DNA from: a phage
Sequence record: PX930852.1
Length of the DNA: 64,000 nucleotides
Reading direction: 5' to 3' (one strand)
Translations under genes and position numbers: made by a program
The notes under the pieces: model-generated
Databases searched by the model: none
Seen by the model: only the letters and a program-made list of their open reading frames with translations
Told to the model about the DNA's origin: nothing
In this document: piece after piece, positions 10,380 through 28,807 of the stretch
Position numbering within the stretch: position 1 is the first letter of the stretch
Layout: the number at the start of each line of letters is the position of its first letter

Positions 10380-10700
10380 CGGGTACTCACCAGCATCACT
10401 TAAGAGTCTTTGAAAAGGGTTTTTAAGTGATGTAATGCGTGGCTCGGTGCAGTGAAGTATGGTGGGGTAGGGTATAATATGGTGCGGTAATGTATGGGTA
10501 GTTAGTCTCAGCTACATTAAAATGAGACTTACCTTTTTAAAAGGTCTTTGGAGAGGGTCTTTTAATAAGGTCTGGTGTAGTAGGGTTGGGCATGGTACGG
10601 TCCGGTGTGGTGTGGCACGGTATGGGTGGATGGTAGTATCCACGTTAAAAATCTACCAAGTTTCTAAAGAGTCTTCTGTTGAGGGTTCTTTACAAACAAC
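10380..10700 (+). repeat. GT-rich tandem repeat array 1 (about 2 units)
   Basis: units contain leader CCTTTTTAAAAGGTCTTTnGAGAGGGTCTTTTAATAAGG, about 65-nt (GGT)-rich tract, and hairpin GTAGTTAGTCTCAGCTACATTAAAATGAGACT plus T-run. Confidence 0.7.
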
Positions 10701-10715
10701 TTAACAATCAACTAA

Positions 10716-11321
<606 letters not shown>

Positions 11322-11323
11322 TT

Positions 11324-11764
11324 ATGAATACAAAAGCATTAGCAGCAAAGTTTAGTTACGGTGACACTGTATCACATTCTGAGATGGACACCTTCTTAGG
11401 TATTGTGAAGCCAACTTATCAAGGTGACATTGTTAAGTACGAAGATGAAATGAAGGCTTATGCACTTACACGTCTAAACCGACTTGAGAAGTTTATTGAA
11501 AAGCTTCTTAAAGAAGAGAAGATTTATCTGGTTGCTTCAATGGGTGTTGGTTATCGTGTGGTTGAACCTAAGCATCAAGCAACTATTGCAAAACGTAAAA
11601 TGTCTGGTAAGATTGGTCGTGCTTTAAAGCAAGCCACTCAAGCGATTGAGAATGTGAATACTATGGCACTTAGTCATCAAGAACGTTCACGACTGATTGA
11701 ACAGCAAAACCATTTAGCTGCTATGAAAGCTAACATTAACAAGCAACGTAGAAAACCTTTCTAA
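11324..11764 (+). CDS. hypothetical protein (146 aa)
   Basis: coupled to upstream ORF; followed by terminator hairpin at 11776. Confidence 0.55.
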   Translation: MNTKALAAKFSYGDTVSHSEMDTFLGIVKPTYQGDIVKYEDEMKAYALTRLNRLEKFIEKLLKEEKIYLVASMGVGYRVVEPKHQATIAKRKMSGKIGRALKQATQAIENVNTMALSHQERSRLIEQQNHLAAMKANINKQRRKPF

Positions 11765-11775
11765 GTTGACTAGGT

Positions 11776-11798
11776 AGCCTCTTCGGAGGCTCCTTTTT
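11776..11798 (+). terminator. rho-independent terminator
   Basis: AGCCTC-TTCG-GAGGCT hairpin followed by CCTTTTT. Confidence 0.6.
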
Positions 11799-12195
11799 AA
11801 AAGGTCTTTAAGAGGGTCTTTTAATGAGGTACGGCGCGGTTAGGTAAGGTCTGGTAGGGTAGGGTGAGGTTTGGTAAAGTGCGGGTAGTTAATCGGAGCT
11901 ACATAAAAATTCGATTACATCACTTAAGAGTCTTTAAATTATAGTCGATAGAGTATCTCATAGGGTTTTTAAGTGAGGTGTGGTAAAGCGCGGTTAGGTA
12001 TGGCGCGGTCAGGTCAGGTGAGGTTCGGTGCGGGTAGTTAGTCTCAGCTACATTAAAATGAGACTTACCTTTTTAAAAGGTCTTTAAGAGGGTCTTTTAA
12101 TAAGGTATTGTATGGTGTAGTTTGGTTAGGTATGGTTGGGTGTGGTAAGGTAGGGTATGGAAGGATGGCAGTAGCCTTATAAAAAATCTGCCAAA
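11799..12195 (+). repeat. GT-rich tandem repeat array 2 (about 3 units)
   Basis: same leader, GT-rich body and hairpin modules as array 1; exact 31-nt hairpin at 10498-10530 and 12033-12064. Confidence 0.7.
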
Positions 12196-12284
12196 TAAGC
12201 TATAAAATCTGTTGACAAGTCAGGTGTTATAGCTTATTTTTATACTCAATGTAATACAAAATTTAATATAACTTTGAGGTCATT

Positions 12285-12668
12285 ATGAAAAAGGTTTTAT
12301 TAGCTGCTGCAATGGTTATGGCAATGAATTTACCAGTTAATGCAACAGAACTTCCAAATGTGGACTTATCAGGTGTTCCAGAAGACACTTGTCAGATTGT
12401 TAAAGGTGTTGCTCTATCTAAAGGTGAGCTACTTAAACCAATCTCTGAAGAGTCTTTGACAGAGATGACTGATAAGGTAACTGACTATCAATATCGTGTT
12501 CTTGCAGAGTATTTCCTGCAATCTGCAAATATTAAAGATAAACACCATGACGATATTGATGTACAAACTATGCTCAACCACCGTATCCAGTTTAAAGAAG
12601 ATTTGATGCAAAAAGCTATGTATGGTGTTGAGTATTTCTTAGAAAACAGAAGCTGCACAGGTATTTGA
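12285..12668 (+). CDS. putative secreted/periplasmic protein
   Basis: N-terminal signal peptide MKKVLLAAAMVMAMNLPVNA; GAGG RBS. Confidence 0.55.
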   Translation: MKKVLLAAAMVMAMNLPVNATELPNVDLSGVPEDTCQIVKGVALSKGELLKPISEESLTEMTDKVTDYQYRVLAEYFLQSANIKDKHHDDIDVQTMLNHRIQFKEDLMQKAMYGVEYFLENRSCTGI

Positions 12669-12669
12669 T

Positions 12670-12882
12670 ATGGCTCTTAAAAAGTTACATCCCAGAAGCG
12701 GTTATGGTAAGATAATTGACGATACAGACGGATTTACAGTCTTTACAGTCATCTGTCAAGATGATTCACAGATTGAAAAGGCTCTTGACGATTATCTTAA
12801 CGATGAACGTGAAAAGGTTAGGGCTACAAACATAGATTCATTGATTGACACTTCACGCAAACGGAAGAAGAAAGATGAATGA
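12670..12882 (+). CDS. hypothetical protein (70 aa)
   Basis: ORF adjacent to 12285..12668; lysine-rich C-terminus. Confidence 0.4.
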   Translation: MALKKLHPRSGYGKIIDDTDGFTVFTVICQDDSQIEKALDDYLNDEREKVRATNIDSLIDTSRKRKKKDE

Positions 12883-13174
12883 GATTTTTGACCCTTATGC
12901 TCCACAAGATGATTGGGAGGCTGATAGAGAGGCTGAAATGGAGAGTTATATTTGTCCAATGGATGTAGATGAAATGAGAGATTTCGTTGCACATCGTTTT
13001 AAGAGAGAGATTAAATCCAGAGGTCTTTCTCAAGAGCAAGTTGCTAAAATTTGTGGTATCTCTCAGGCTCGTGTATCCAACATAATCCATCTCACTGGTA
13101 ACGTCTCCCTTGAGTATATGTTGGAAGTATGTGAAAAATTTGGTGTTAATTTTAATTTAAGGTTGGCAGATTAA
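12875..13174 (+). CDS. HTH DNA-binding protein
   Basis: ORF 12845..13174 trimmed to ATG 12875 (ATGA-type overlap with upstream stop); helix-turn-helix-like LSQEQVAKICGISQARVSNI. Confidence 0.5.
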   Translation: MNEIFDPYAPQDDWEADREAEMESYICPMDVDEMRDFVAHRFKREIKSRGLSQEQVAKICGISQARVSNIIHLTGNVSLEYMLEVCEKFGVNFNLRLAD

Positions 13175-13175
13175 T

Positions 13176-13535
13176 ATGAAACGTGAAAACATTATCCACT
13201 CTGAAAACTTCGCATTAGGCTTTTATGGCGTACCCACTCACCTTGAAAAGTATTATGGTGTGAAGATTCTCTCCAATCTCATTATGGCTTACAAAGATGG
13301 TAAGATTAAGCATACTGAGAAGAAACGTGTCATGGGCTATATGGCTGTAGGTTCAGCAATCTCGAACATTAAGCTGGAAACAACTAGCAGTCAGCTTGTG
13401 AAAGACCACTTCATCAAAGAGCTTTACCAGAATCTTGATGGTGTAGATGTTCAGGCTGTTTGGTTGGATGTTGATGGTCATAACTACACAAGTTTTGTTT
13501 TTAAAAACGACGACATTAAGTGCTTGTTCCCATAA
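13176..13535 (+). CDS. hypothetical protein (119 aa)
   Basis: ORF in tight operon arrangement. Confidence 0.5.
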   Translation: MKRENIIHSENFALGFYGVPTHLEKYYGVKILSNLIMAYKDGKIKHTEKKRVMGYMAVGSAISNIKLETTSSQLVKDHFIKELYQNLDGVDVQAVWLDVDGHNYTSFVFKNDDIKCLFP

Positions 13536-13542
13536 TAGGTGA

Positions 13543-14064
13543 TTGATTATGATTGATATCTACTTACAAGATGCTCATGCAGATTTCCTTAAAGAGATGC
13601 TTAAAAAGTTTATGGCTTCACATTATGAGAATGAAGCATCTTTTAAAATAGTTACATGTGGCGACGAAGCTGGTTTTGTTGAGATTGAACATGAAGGTAC
13701 TGGAAAGACTGTTTGTAAGCTACCTGATAGCATGTTCTCTAAAACGTTCTTAACAAAGACTAGTATAAATGTTAAGCTTGTGCCTCAGATTGAAACATAC
13801 TCTGGTACAGATTACCCTAAAGGTTTCAAGTCACTAATGAAGCACTTCTTAGATGACTTTGTGGGTAATCTTCTGAGGGAGGTAACAGAAAGCCGTACAA
13901 TATTAACTGTAGAGAATATAGGGAACACTATCAGGGTTACTTCTGACCGATATTCTATGAGCCTCTTCGACTTTGTACCTAAGAACTTTGATGGTATTCT
14001 GGATGAAGAAGATGACTGTGTAGACTTTATATTGGTTCTTGAACCAGTTTTTGAGGTTAAATAG
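13543..14064 (+). CDS. hypothetical protein (173 aa)
   Basis: ORF in tight operon arrangement. Confidence 0.5.
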   Translation: MIMIDIYLQDAHADFLKEMLKKFMASHYENEASFKIVTCGDEAGFVEIEHEGTGKTVCKLPDSMFSKTFLTKTSINVKLVPQIETYSGTDYPKGFKSLMKHFLDDFVGNLLREVTESRTILTVENIGNTIRVTSDRYSMSLFDFVPKNFDGILDEEDDCVDFILVLEPVFEVK

Positions 14065-14325
14065 ATGAAAATTGAACACTGCTATGAGTCTGATGGGGCA
14101 CCTATCCGATGTCCACATTGTGGGTGTACAGACTTACAAGGTGAAGTTCATGTGATTGTTAATGGTCATATAGCTGAAGAAAGTACTACATGTGTTGGTT
14201 GTGGTGAGCATCTATCATTCTGGGCTTATGGTTCATACCAACCTACACCACACCTAATATACCATAGCAATAAAGCCGTGAAGAATGTTATCAACTGGTT
14301 CATTAAGAAAGGATTTACAAAATGA
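14065..14325 (+). CDS. zinc-ribbon protein
   Basis: CPHCGC..CVGCG cysteine pairs. Confidence 0.5.
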   Translation: MKIEHCYESDGAPIRCPHCGCTDLQGEVHVIVNGHIAEESTTCVGCGEHLSFWAYGSYQPTPHLIYHSNKAVKNVINWFIKKGFTK

Positions 14326-14867
14326 TTAAATTAATCTTTGCAAGTGGTGAAAATGGGGAGTTTGGTACTCCAACTGGTATGCCGTGGCCTCGACATAAAC
14401 AGGACATGCAAGAGTTTAAGAGACTCACTAAAAATAACTTAGTAGTCATGGGTAATGAGACTTTTAAGACTCTGGGTAGTAAACCTCTACCAGAACGTGC
14501 AAACCTAATCTTAACAAATTCTGTACCATACTTAGGTATAGATTTTGGCAAAGATGGTGTAATGTATGCTAAGGCCAGCAAAGAATCCTTTGGAGCATTT
14601 TTGAAGTATCTTGATAGCTCTATTGATGAAGATGTCTTTGTAATTGGTGGTGCAGGTGTCCTTGTCAATGCTTTACCGTATGCTGGTGTGGTGTTCCATA
14701 CAGTCTTCCATAAAGTTACTGAAGAGGCTACTGTGCATTTACCTTTTGAAAACTTCTTTGAGAAGCTGTATGATAACCGTGTATTTACAAAGGTACAGTC
14801 AAAACCATCAGAGGATGGTAAAGCAACTTTTGAAATTTATGTTCCACAAGTAAAAGGACACTTTTGA
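14322..14867 (+). CDS. dihydrofolate reductase
   Basis: 181-aa ORF, N-terminal MIKLIFA..G..G.PW motif typical of DHFR; immediately upstream of thymidylate synthase. Confidence 0.7.
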   Translation: MIKLIFASGENGEFGTPTGMPWPRHKQDMQEFKRLTKNNLVVMGNETFKTLGSKPLPERANLILTNSVPYLGIDFGKDGVMYAKASKESFGAFLKYLDSSIDEDVFVIGGAGVLVNALPYAGVVFHTVFHKVTEEATVHLPFENFFEKLYDNRVFTKVQSKPSEDGKATFEIYVPQVKGHF

Positions 14868-14868
14868 T

Positions 14869-15768
14869 ATGTCACAAGCAGATTCAAGTTACAAAAATAT
14901 CCTGAACCATGTTTTATCCGTTGGTGAACTGCGTACTACACGAACTGGAGATGTTATCTCTGCATTTGCTCCACCTCAGTTTCGTTTTGATATGCGAACT
15001 GGTTTCCCGCTCTTAACATCTAAACAGGTGTTTACACGGCAAGTCATTGGGGAAGCTTTATGGTTCCTGAATGGTGAGAATAAACTTAGTGAACTCCGTT
15101 ATCGCACTTGGGGTGAAAATGATGGAGAACGTTGGACTATCTGGTCAGATGATTTTAAACGTTGGTTAAGCTCTAACTATTCTTCTGAGCAAGACTGGTT
15201 AGAAGATGCAGGTGGGAGAATCTACGGGGTTCAGTGGAGAAACTTCGAAGGTCATAATGGTTGTGTTGTAGACCAGTTAGAGGCCTTAGTAACGAAGATG
15301 AAGGGTGATATCACAGACCGTTACATGCTTGTTAATGCTTGGAATGCAGCAGATATTGCAGCAAACTCAATGGCTTTAGCACCTTGTCATGTTCTGTTTC
15401 AGATTTATATCACTAATGAAGGTGAAGTGGATTTGCAATGGTATCAGCGTTCTGTAGACACCTTTTTAGGACTTCCATTCAACATTGCGTCTTATGGCTT
15501 CATCTTAGAAGTTCTTTGCAAGATGACTGGATACACTCCACGGTACTTGATAGGTGTCTTTGGAGATACTCAGATTTATCAGAACCATATGAAGCAGGTT
15601 TATGAACTGATAAACAATGAAGAGTTCCATGCACCTACTTTTGAGATTGGTGTACAGCTTAACACTCTAAGTGATTTAAAACACCTTACTGCAAGTGATT
15701 TTATTGGCGGCATTAACAACTACCAACATGCAGGGAAGATTGAAGCACCTCTGTCAGTAGGTAAGTAA
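14869..15768 (+). CDS. thyA: thymidylate synthase
   Basis: 299-aa ORF with catalytic-cysteine context LAPCHVLFQ and typical ThyA length. Confidence 0.85.
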   Translation: MSQADSSYKNILNHVLSVGELRTTRTGDVISAFAPPQFRFDMRTGFPLLTSKQVFTRQVIGEALWFLNGENKLSELRYRTWGENDGERWTIWSDDFKRWLSSNYSSEQDWLEDAGGRIYGVQWRNFEGHNGCVVDQLEALVTKMKGDITDRYMLVNAWNAADIAANSMALAPCHVLFQIYITNEGEVDLQWYQRSVDTFLGLPFNIASYGFILEVLCKMTGYTPRYLIGVFGDTQIYQNHMKQVYELINNEEFHAPTFEIGVQLNTLSDLKHLTASDFIGGINNYQHAGKIEAPLSVGK

Positions 15769-15776
15769 AACAAAAA

Positions 15777-15798
15777 AGGCTCCCGTAAAAAGGAGCCT
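15777..15798. terminator. bidirectional terminator between convergent genes
   Basis: AGGCTCC-loop-GGAGCCT hairpin flanked by A-run and T-rich tract. Confidence 0.55.
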
Positions 15799-15804
15799 TA
15801 AACT

Positions 15805-16176
15805 TTATTTTTCAGTATTCTTTGTGTTCTTCTCAGTAATAGCTTGCAAGGCTGATACTGATTGAGCCAGATTGTTCACACTGTCAGAGAATTTATCAAG
15901 AGTTTTGGTAAGTTTTGCGTTTTCACCCTTAACATTCTCTAACTGAACTTTCTGGTTCTCCATCCCTAGCTGAATCAGTCTCATGTCAGACTGTAAATCA
16001 CGAATAGCTGAATAGTTACTTTTGGAATAATTATCTAGCTGCTGTAACTTTGTTGTGACAGACACTTCTTGCTTACCACTTGAAACTTGCATAGTGGTAT
16101 ACATCCCAATAACACTAAAAATACCAACTACAATTGCACCAATATTGTTTTTAAAAGCTTCCTCTAGCCACTTCAT
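15805..16176 (-). CDS. membrane-anchored coiled-coil protein (possible spanin/holin-like)
   Basis: N-terminal TM segment IGAIVVGIFSVIGMY followed by coiled-coil; sits downstream of the tail fiber genes. Confidence 0.45.
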   Translation of the reverse strand: MKWLEEAFKNNIGAIVVGIFSVIGMYTTMQVSSGKQEVSVTTKLQQLDNYSKSNYSAIRDLQSDMRLIQLGMENQKVQLENVKGENAKLTKTLDKFSDSVNNLAQSVSALQAITEKNTKNTEK

Positions 16177-16371
16177 TTATTTCTCCCCCTTAAAAGCTTT
16201 TTCTAAGTTATCTACGAACTCATCATCAATAGGCGTGTCTGTTTTACTCGCAAGGTATCTTGCAAGCTTAAAGAACACTTTCTCAATCATGTATTCACTT
16301 AGAAGGGATAAAATGAGTTTCCAGAAGAAGCTACCTAGATTTTTTAGAAGAATTGCTAGGATTGTAGGCAT
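16177..16371 (-). CDS. small membrane protein (64 aa)
   Basis: hydrophobic N-terminus; abuts 15805..16176. Confidence 0.4.
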   Translation of the reverse strand: MPTILAILLKNLGSFFWKLILSLLSEYMIEKVFFKLARYLASKTDTPIDDEFVDNLEKAFKGEK

Positions 16372-16450
16372 TTAATCACCTCATCAGCCAAGATGGTGAG
16401 AATACCCATAAAGAATATTAACACCGTCTTAACAATCAGTCAACAAGGGA

Positions 16451-18835
16451 TTAAGCAGTTCTTACCCAAGCCATTAACTTGTAGAACTGGTTAGTAACAC
16501 TGAATGCTGAACCAGAACCTGTACCACCAGTGTTACCACTAACTGTATGAGTGTGAGCACCGATACCTACAGAGTGGGTGTGAGCACCAGTGTTACTTGT
16601 AGTACCAGACCATGTGTGTGTATGGTTACCAGTTGTGTTAGTGTTAGGGAATTTGTTATCTTTTCTATCAAGCCAGTCAAGAGTTCTTGTCTTGCTGTTG
16701 CTAACAGTTGTGTAACCATACTGAGCATCACCACCATTAACCAATAGCAGACCTAAGTGGTGAGCATGGTTACCCGCAGCACTTGTTGTACCACTTACAG
16801 TGTGGGTGTGACCACCAGTACTATTAGTGCTCTTCGTACCATAATCAAAAGATGAAGTGGTAGCAGAGAAGCTGTGAGTGTGTGATGGTAAGTTACCAAC
16901 AGCTAATGTTACAGAATCTGAACCACCAGTTGTAGCAACATCTGAACCGTTAGCTGCTGCGATTCTGATAGTTCTACCAACACCATTGTTCAGGTACGTC
17001 CAAGTTAACCCAGGCAACGCTGTGTTAGGGTCAACATTACTGTTAAACCACGTTACAATGCCTACTGGATAGATTTTATTAAGGTCTGTAGAGTCACTAA
17101 TTGCTGTTGCAATTTTCTGGTCAGTTTCAGCTTTAGTGTATGCACCAATATCTGAAGGGGTTGGTTTAAAATCAGTTGTATAAAGTTGTGCTTCTCCGGC
17201 ATAGTCACCATTTTTGTCATAGGCATAGGTGAATGTTGCCAGACCGTTTGAACCGTATACAAAAGAGATACCCCTTGCATGTGCAGCAGACTTACTAGAG
17301 TGAGCAACATGAATTGCCAACTCTTTCAGACCACTAGTCACACTGTTGTTTCTGACAAAACCTGAATATCCAAGATTAAATGCTGAAGGGTTTTCAAGGT
17401 TATCTACAGAGACAGTCATTAAGGATTGATTTAATAACTGAGTTTTAACAAAATATCTAGCATCTAAGTTAGACCAATCAGAAGGTTGTACTTGACCAGT
17501 AATTGTTAGATTCTTATTAGCCTTAATCGCTGAGGACATAAGAGTAATTTGAGTCCCAGAGTAGCTGTTGTTTAATGCTACATCAGTAGAATTTGTGCCA
17601 CCCACACCTACCCACCACCTAGATACATTCTGGGTATCAACACCACGGATATATTGTGGCTGTCCCTGTGTTAAGTTTCTTAATACTACGCCTTCATTAT
17701 TTGATACAATAGTTTGCACATTCACAAATGTGTTAGCAACATTAAGTTTAGGTAGGTTACTCAAAGTTGCTGCTGGGATGTATCTAGAGTCAATGTTAGC
17801 CCAATCTGAAGGTTGAACTTGACCAGTGATTCTGAAGTCCTTGTTTACTGCGACATGACCATTGTCAAGTCTAAGATAAGAACCATACACATAGTTGCTG
17901 ATGAATACAGCAGGTGTATTATCACCATTTCCTACATACCACTTACCAGAACCATCATTAGCTTCGGCTTTAACGTATAGTGCAGCATTTGCTACAGTAT
18001 TTTTCAACCTTAAAGCAGCACTGTCACTAATAATAAGTAGGTTTCTGCTAAACGTGTTAGTGCCAGTGAAATTGTTATTAGCAGCTAACTGTGCAAATCT
18101 CTGATTAGCAACTGTCTGTGTGAAGTATCTAGCATCTAAGTTAGAGAAGTCAGAAGGTTGGACTTGACCAGTGATTCTAAGTGTTTTACTGATAGCAGCA
18201 ACACTAGACAGATTCACTTCACAACCTGTCTTGTAGTTGTGGATAATAACATCATCATTCCCTGAACCATTACCTACATACCACCTATTAGCACCAGTGC
18301 TGTCCTGACCTCTAATATACAACGGTGAGTTCTCAGAAGAATTTTTTAGTCTAATAGCTTCGCCATTTGCTTGAATAACCTGTTGGAAGGTAAAGATGTT
18401 ATTTGCAGCTAATCTTGAGTATCTTGCATCATTCTCTTCATTAGTTCTCATCCCAAGCTCATTAGGACTTGGCTTATTCAGGGTATGATAAACAGTTGCC
18501 GACCTTGAAGCATCTGCAATAGTTAGCTTAAGACCGTTTGCGTTAATTTTAAAAGTCTTTAAAACATCCCCAATATTAATCTCAGAAGAGCCTGTAGGGT
18601 CAAATACTGTCTTACCACCATAAAGTAACTTAACAATACCTAAATCACCCGTCATGGTACTACCAATAATCTGAACAAATCTCTCAAGCTTAAAAGATGC
18701 TAAGAAATCTTGATAGGTCATTCGACGGTCTTCATCACCCAGCATTTCAGGTCTCTTTTTAACTCTGACATGAAGAAGGTCATCTGAACGGATTGTATCG
18801 ATTGAGTTTAATTCACTCAACTTGTAATCTGCCAT
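16451..18835 (-). CDS. tail fiber protein
   Basis: 794 aa; repeated segments ending SDWSNLDARY; His-rich C-terminal HxH repeats (HTHTVSG, HTHSVGIGAHTHTV) as in T4-type fiber tip domains. Confidence 0.75.
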   Translation of the reverse strand: MADYKLSELNSIDTIRSDDLLHVRVKKRPEMLGDEDRRMTYQDFLASFKLERFVQIIGSTMTGDLGIVKLLYGGKTVFDPTGSSEINIGDVLKTFKINANGLKLTIADASRSATVYHTLNKPSPNELGMRTNEENDARYSRLAANNIFTFQQVIQANGEAIRLKNSSENSPLYIRGQDSTGANRWYVGNGSGNDDVIIHNYKTGCEVNLSSVAAISKTLRITGQVQPSDFSNLDARYFTQTVANQRFAQLAANNNFTGTNTFSRNLLIISDSAALRLKNTVANAALYVKAEANDGSGKWYVGNGDNTPAVFISNYVYGSYLRLDNGHVAVNKDFRITGQVQPSDWANIDSRYIPAATLSNLPKLNVANTFVNVQTIVSNNEGVVLRNLTQGQPQYIRGVDTQNVSRWWVGVGGTNSTDVALNNSYSGTQITLMSSAIKANKNLTITGQVQPSDWSNLDARYFVKTQLLNQSLMTVSVDNLENPSAFNLGYSGFVRNNSVTSGLKELAIHVAHSSKSAAHARGISFVYGSNGLATFTYAYDKNGDYAGEAQLYTTDFKPTPSDIGAYTKAETDQKIATAISDSTDLNKIYPVGIVTWFNSNVDPNTALPGLTWTYLNNGVGRTIRIAAANGSDVATTGGSDSVTLAVGNLPSHTHSFSATTSSFDYGTKSTNSTGGHTHTVSGTTSAAGNHAHHLGLLLVNGGDAQYGYTTVSNSKTRTLDWLDRKDNKFPNTNTTGNHTHTWSGTTSNTGAHTHSVGIGAHTHTVSGNTGGTGSGSAFSVTNQFYKLMAWVRTA

Positions 18836-18854
18836 TATAAATTTTCCTCTTAAA

Positions 18855-18872
18855 AGGGGCTATAAAGCCCCT
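18855..18872 (-). terminator. terminator/attenuator between tail fiber genes
   Basis: AGGGGCT-ATAA-AGCCCCT hairpin; U-run in minus sense. Confidence 0.5.
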
Positions 18873-18881
18873 GTAAAGAAA

Positions 18882-20069
18882 TTAAGCTGTTCTCTGCCAT
18901 ACATACAGCACGAATGATGGCTGCTCAATGTTGAAAGCTTGTCCACCACCAACACTATTAGTGTTTCCACTATGTGTATGCTCAGAAGAAGAAACTGCCA
19001 CAGTACCATTGTGTGTGTGTGAACCAATACCAACTGTATGGCTATGAGCACCAATACCCACCGTATGATTATGGTTACCAGTTGTGTTAGTGGTAACGCT
19101 AAAAGAGTGGGTGTGCGAACCAGCGACTTCACAGACAGCATCTGCTGAGTACCATGATTGGTCATTTCTTGTAGACCAAACCATTGCAGGTCTCTCCGAT
19201 AGGCCACCACCCGCTTCATAGGTCAATCTGTGGTTGTGAGCACCAGCAGCACTTGTTGACCCACTACCAACGTGATTGTGGTTACCAGTTGTGTTAGTAG
19301 TCTTTGTTCCATAGTCAAAAGAGTTGGTAGTCTTAGTCCCATAGTCAAAAGCTGAAATTGAAACAGTTGCATTATGAGTGTGACCACCACCACTAAGAGA
19401 TACAGAGTGTGAGTGTTGAGGCATGTTATTAACTGACAAAGTGACAGTCGAAGCACCAAATACAGAACCTGCTGGCCTTGTATCAGAGTCATAGCCAACC
19501 AATGCCCTACCTTTTGAAACCAACTCCCAAGTACCTCCACAAATTAAGTATGTAGAAGGGTTTGCAGAGTTCATAGAAAGATGGATAGTACCTACTGGAT
19601 AAGAAGCCTGAACAGCCTTGTACAAGTTATTTACTGCTCTTGCTGTAGCATACTTATCTGCATCTTCATTATACAGGTTAGATGTTGTCCAGTTCTGAAC
19701 ATTACTTAAACCAACCTGTGCCTTAGTTGTATTGTGTGGGTTACTCTTGTCCTTGATATGTTGCTGAACAAGGTTATTAACCTCTTCTGAAGACATAATC
19801 TGTAGATTTGCTCTTGCCTCAGCTACATTAACAATATCTGATAAGTTATTTGCAGCGACTAACTGAAGAGCATTAATAACGTTATCTAAACCAATTTGTG
19901 TTTTAGTCACACCATGAGGGTTATTTCTTAGGCTTGAGTGTGGAGCAAGTAATTGCTCAAGAGTACATCTCTTATCCTCAATACCCTGCTTAAGATGGAA
20001 GATATCACTAAGGTCAATTGGTAAGGCTGCTTGAGGCAAGGCACTAATTTGAATTTCACCTACCGCCAT
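18882..20069 (-). CDS. tail fiber protein (paralog)
   Basis: 395 aa; same HxH-rich C-terminus and shared terminal motif (W.RTA) with 16451..18835. Confidence 0.7.
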   Translation of the reverse strand: MAVGEIQISALPQAALPIDLSDIFHLKQGIEDKRCTLEQLLAPHSSLRNNPHGVTKTQIGLDNVINALQLVAANNLSDIVNVAEARANLQIMSSEEVNNLVQQHIKDKSNPHNTTKAQVGLSNVQNWTTSNLYNEDADKYATARAVNNLYKAVQASYPVGTIHLSMNSANPSTYLICGGTWELVSKGRALVGYDSDTRPAGSVFGASTVTLSVNNMPQHSHSVSLSGGGHTHNATVSISAFDYGTKTTNSFDYGTKTTNTTGNHNHVGSGSTSAAGAHNHRLTYEAGGGLSERPAMVWSTRNDQSWYSADAVCEVAGSHTHSFSVTTNTTGNHNHTVGIGAHSHTVGIGSHTHNGTVAVSSSEHTHSGNTNSVGGGQAFNIEQPSFVLYVWQRTA

Positions 20070-20071
20070 TA

Positions 20072-28093
<8,022 letters not shown>

Positions 28094-28094
<1 letters not shown>

Positions 28095-28333
28095 TACATT
28101 TTTCCTGCTCTTCTAAGTTCGTTGTAAGCAATTTCCTCTTTATACGACCTCTGAATCTCAAGAAATTGTCTCAATGATAATAAATCAGAGAATGTCATAG
28201 CAAAGAGTTGGTCAAGTGTTTCTTTACACCCTTCCATACCATAAATAGCAAGCACAAATTTCATCTCGTCTGCTTCTTCATAGGTTGCCTCTACAGCAGC
28301 ATCAGTTAGTGGTGTCTGTAGAGTGTTACCCAT
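28094..28333 (-). CDS. tail assembly chaperone, frameshift-extension ORF (T-like)
   Basis: 79-aa ORF in -1 frame relative to 28336..28734; TTTTTTC slippery heptamer about 40 nt before upstream stop. Confidence 0.5.
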
Positions 28334-28335
28334 GT

Positions 28336-28734
28336 TTACTGAGAAGTTAGGCTTTTGAAAATGCTTGCTTCGAAAAAACTTCCGAAGTTTGCCTCCAGCG
28401 CAAATGCTAAGTAATCAATAAATTCACCATAGTTTGCTTGGAAGTATGTATCAATATTAAGTGGGAAGTCATCAACAGTTGCCCCTTGAAATAACAGGGT
28501 AGCCATTTCTTCAAGGTTAATTTCTTCAATTCTGTCAAAACAAGCTTCAACAAGTTCTTTAAATGGAACCATTGGAGCTTCTTTCTTACCCTTGTCAGTC
28601 AGACTTGACAGCATCTGTGCAAAAGTTGGAACAACAATTTTACCCAACTTCATAGACATCTTAATACCATCTCTTGCCCCAAGCAGAACGATATTTACTT
28701 TCTTACCATTAATTACTCTAGATTCTGTTTTCAT
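28336..28734 (-). CDS. tail assembly chaperone (G-like)
   Basis: 132-aa ORF between tail tube and tape measure genes. Confidence 0.55.
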   Translation of the reverse strand: MKTESRVINGKKVNIVLLGARDGIKMSMKLGKIVVPTFAQMLSSLTDKGKKEAPMVPFKELVEACFDRIEEINLEEMATLLFQGATVDDFPLNIDTYFQANYGEFIDYLAFALEANFGSFFEASIFKSLTSQ

Positions 28735-28760
28735 TGTGATTCCTTAATACTTTTAAAAGA

Positions 28761-28795
28761 AACAAAAAAGGGGAAGACCTTTTAAAGTCTCCCCC
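28761..28795 (-). terminator. rho-independent terminator after tail tube gene
   Basis: GGGGGAGAC-loop-GTCTTCCCC hairpin followed by TTTTTTGTTTCTTTT in minus sense. Confidence 0.6.
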
Positions 28796-28807
28796 TTATA
28801 GGATTTA

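Noticed and set aside
10522-10704. ORF 10522..10704 (60 aa, Trp/Gly/Arg-rich)
   Set aside because: It lies entirely within the GGT-periodic repeat; its composition reflects the repeat, not coding selection.
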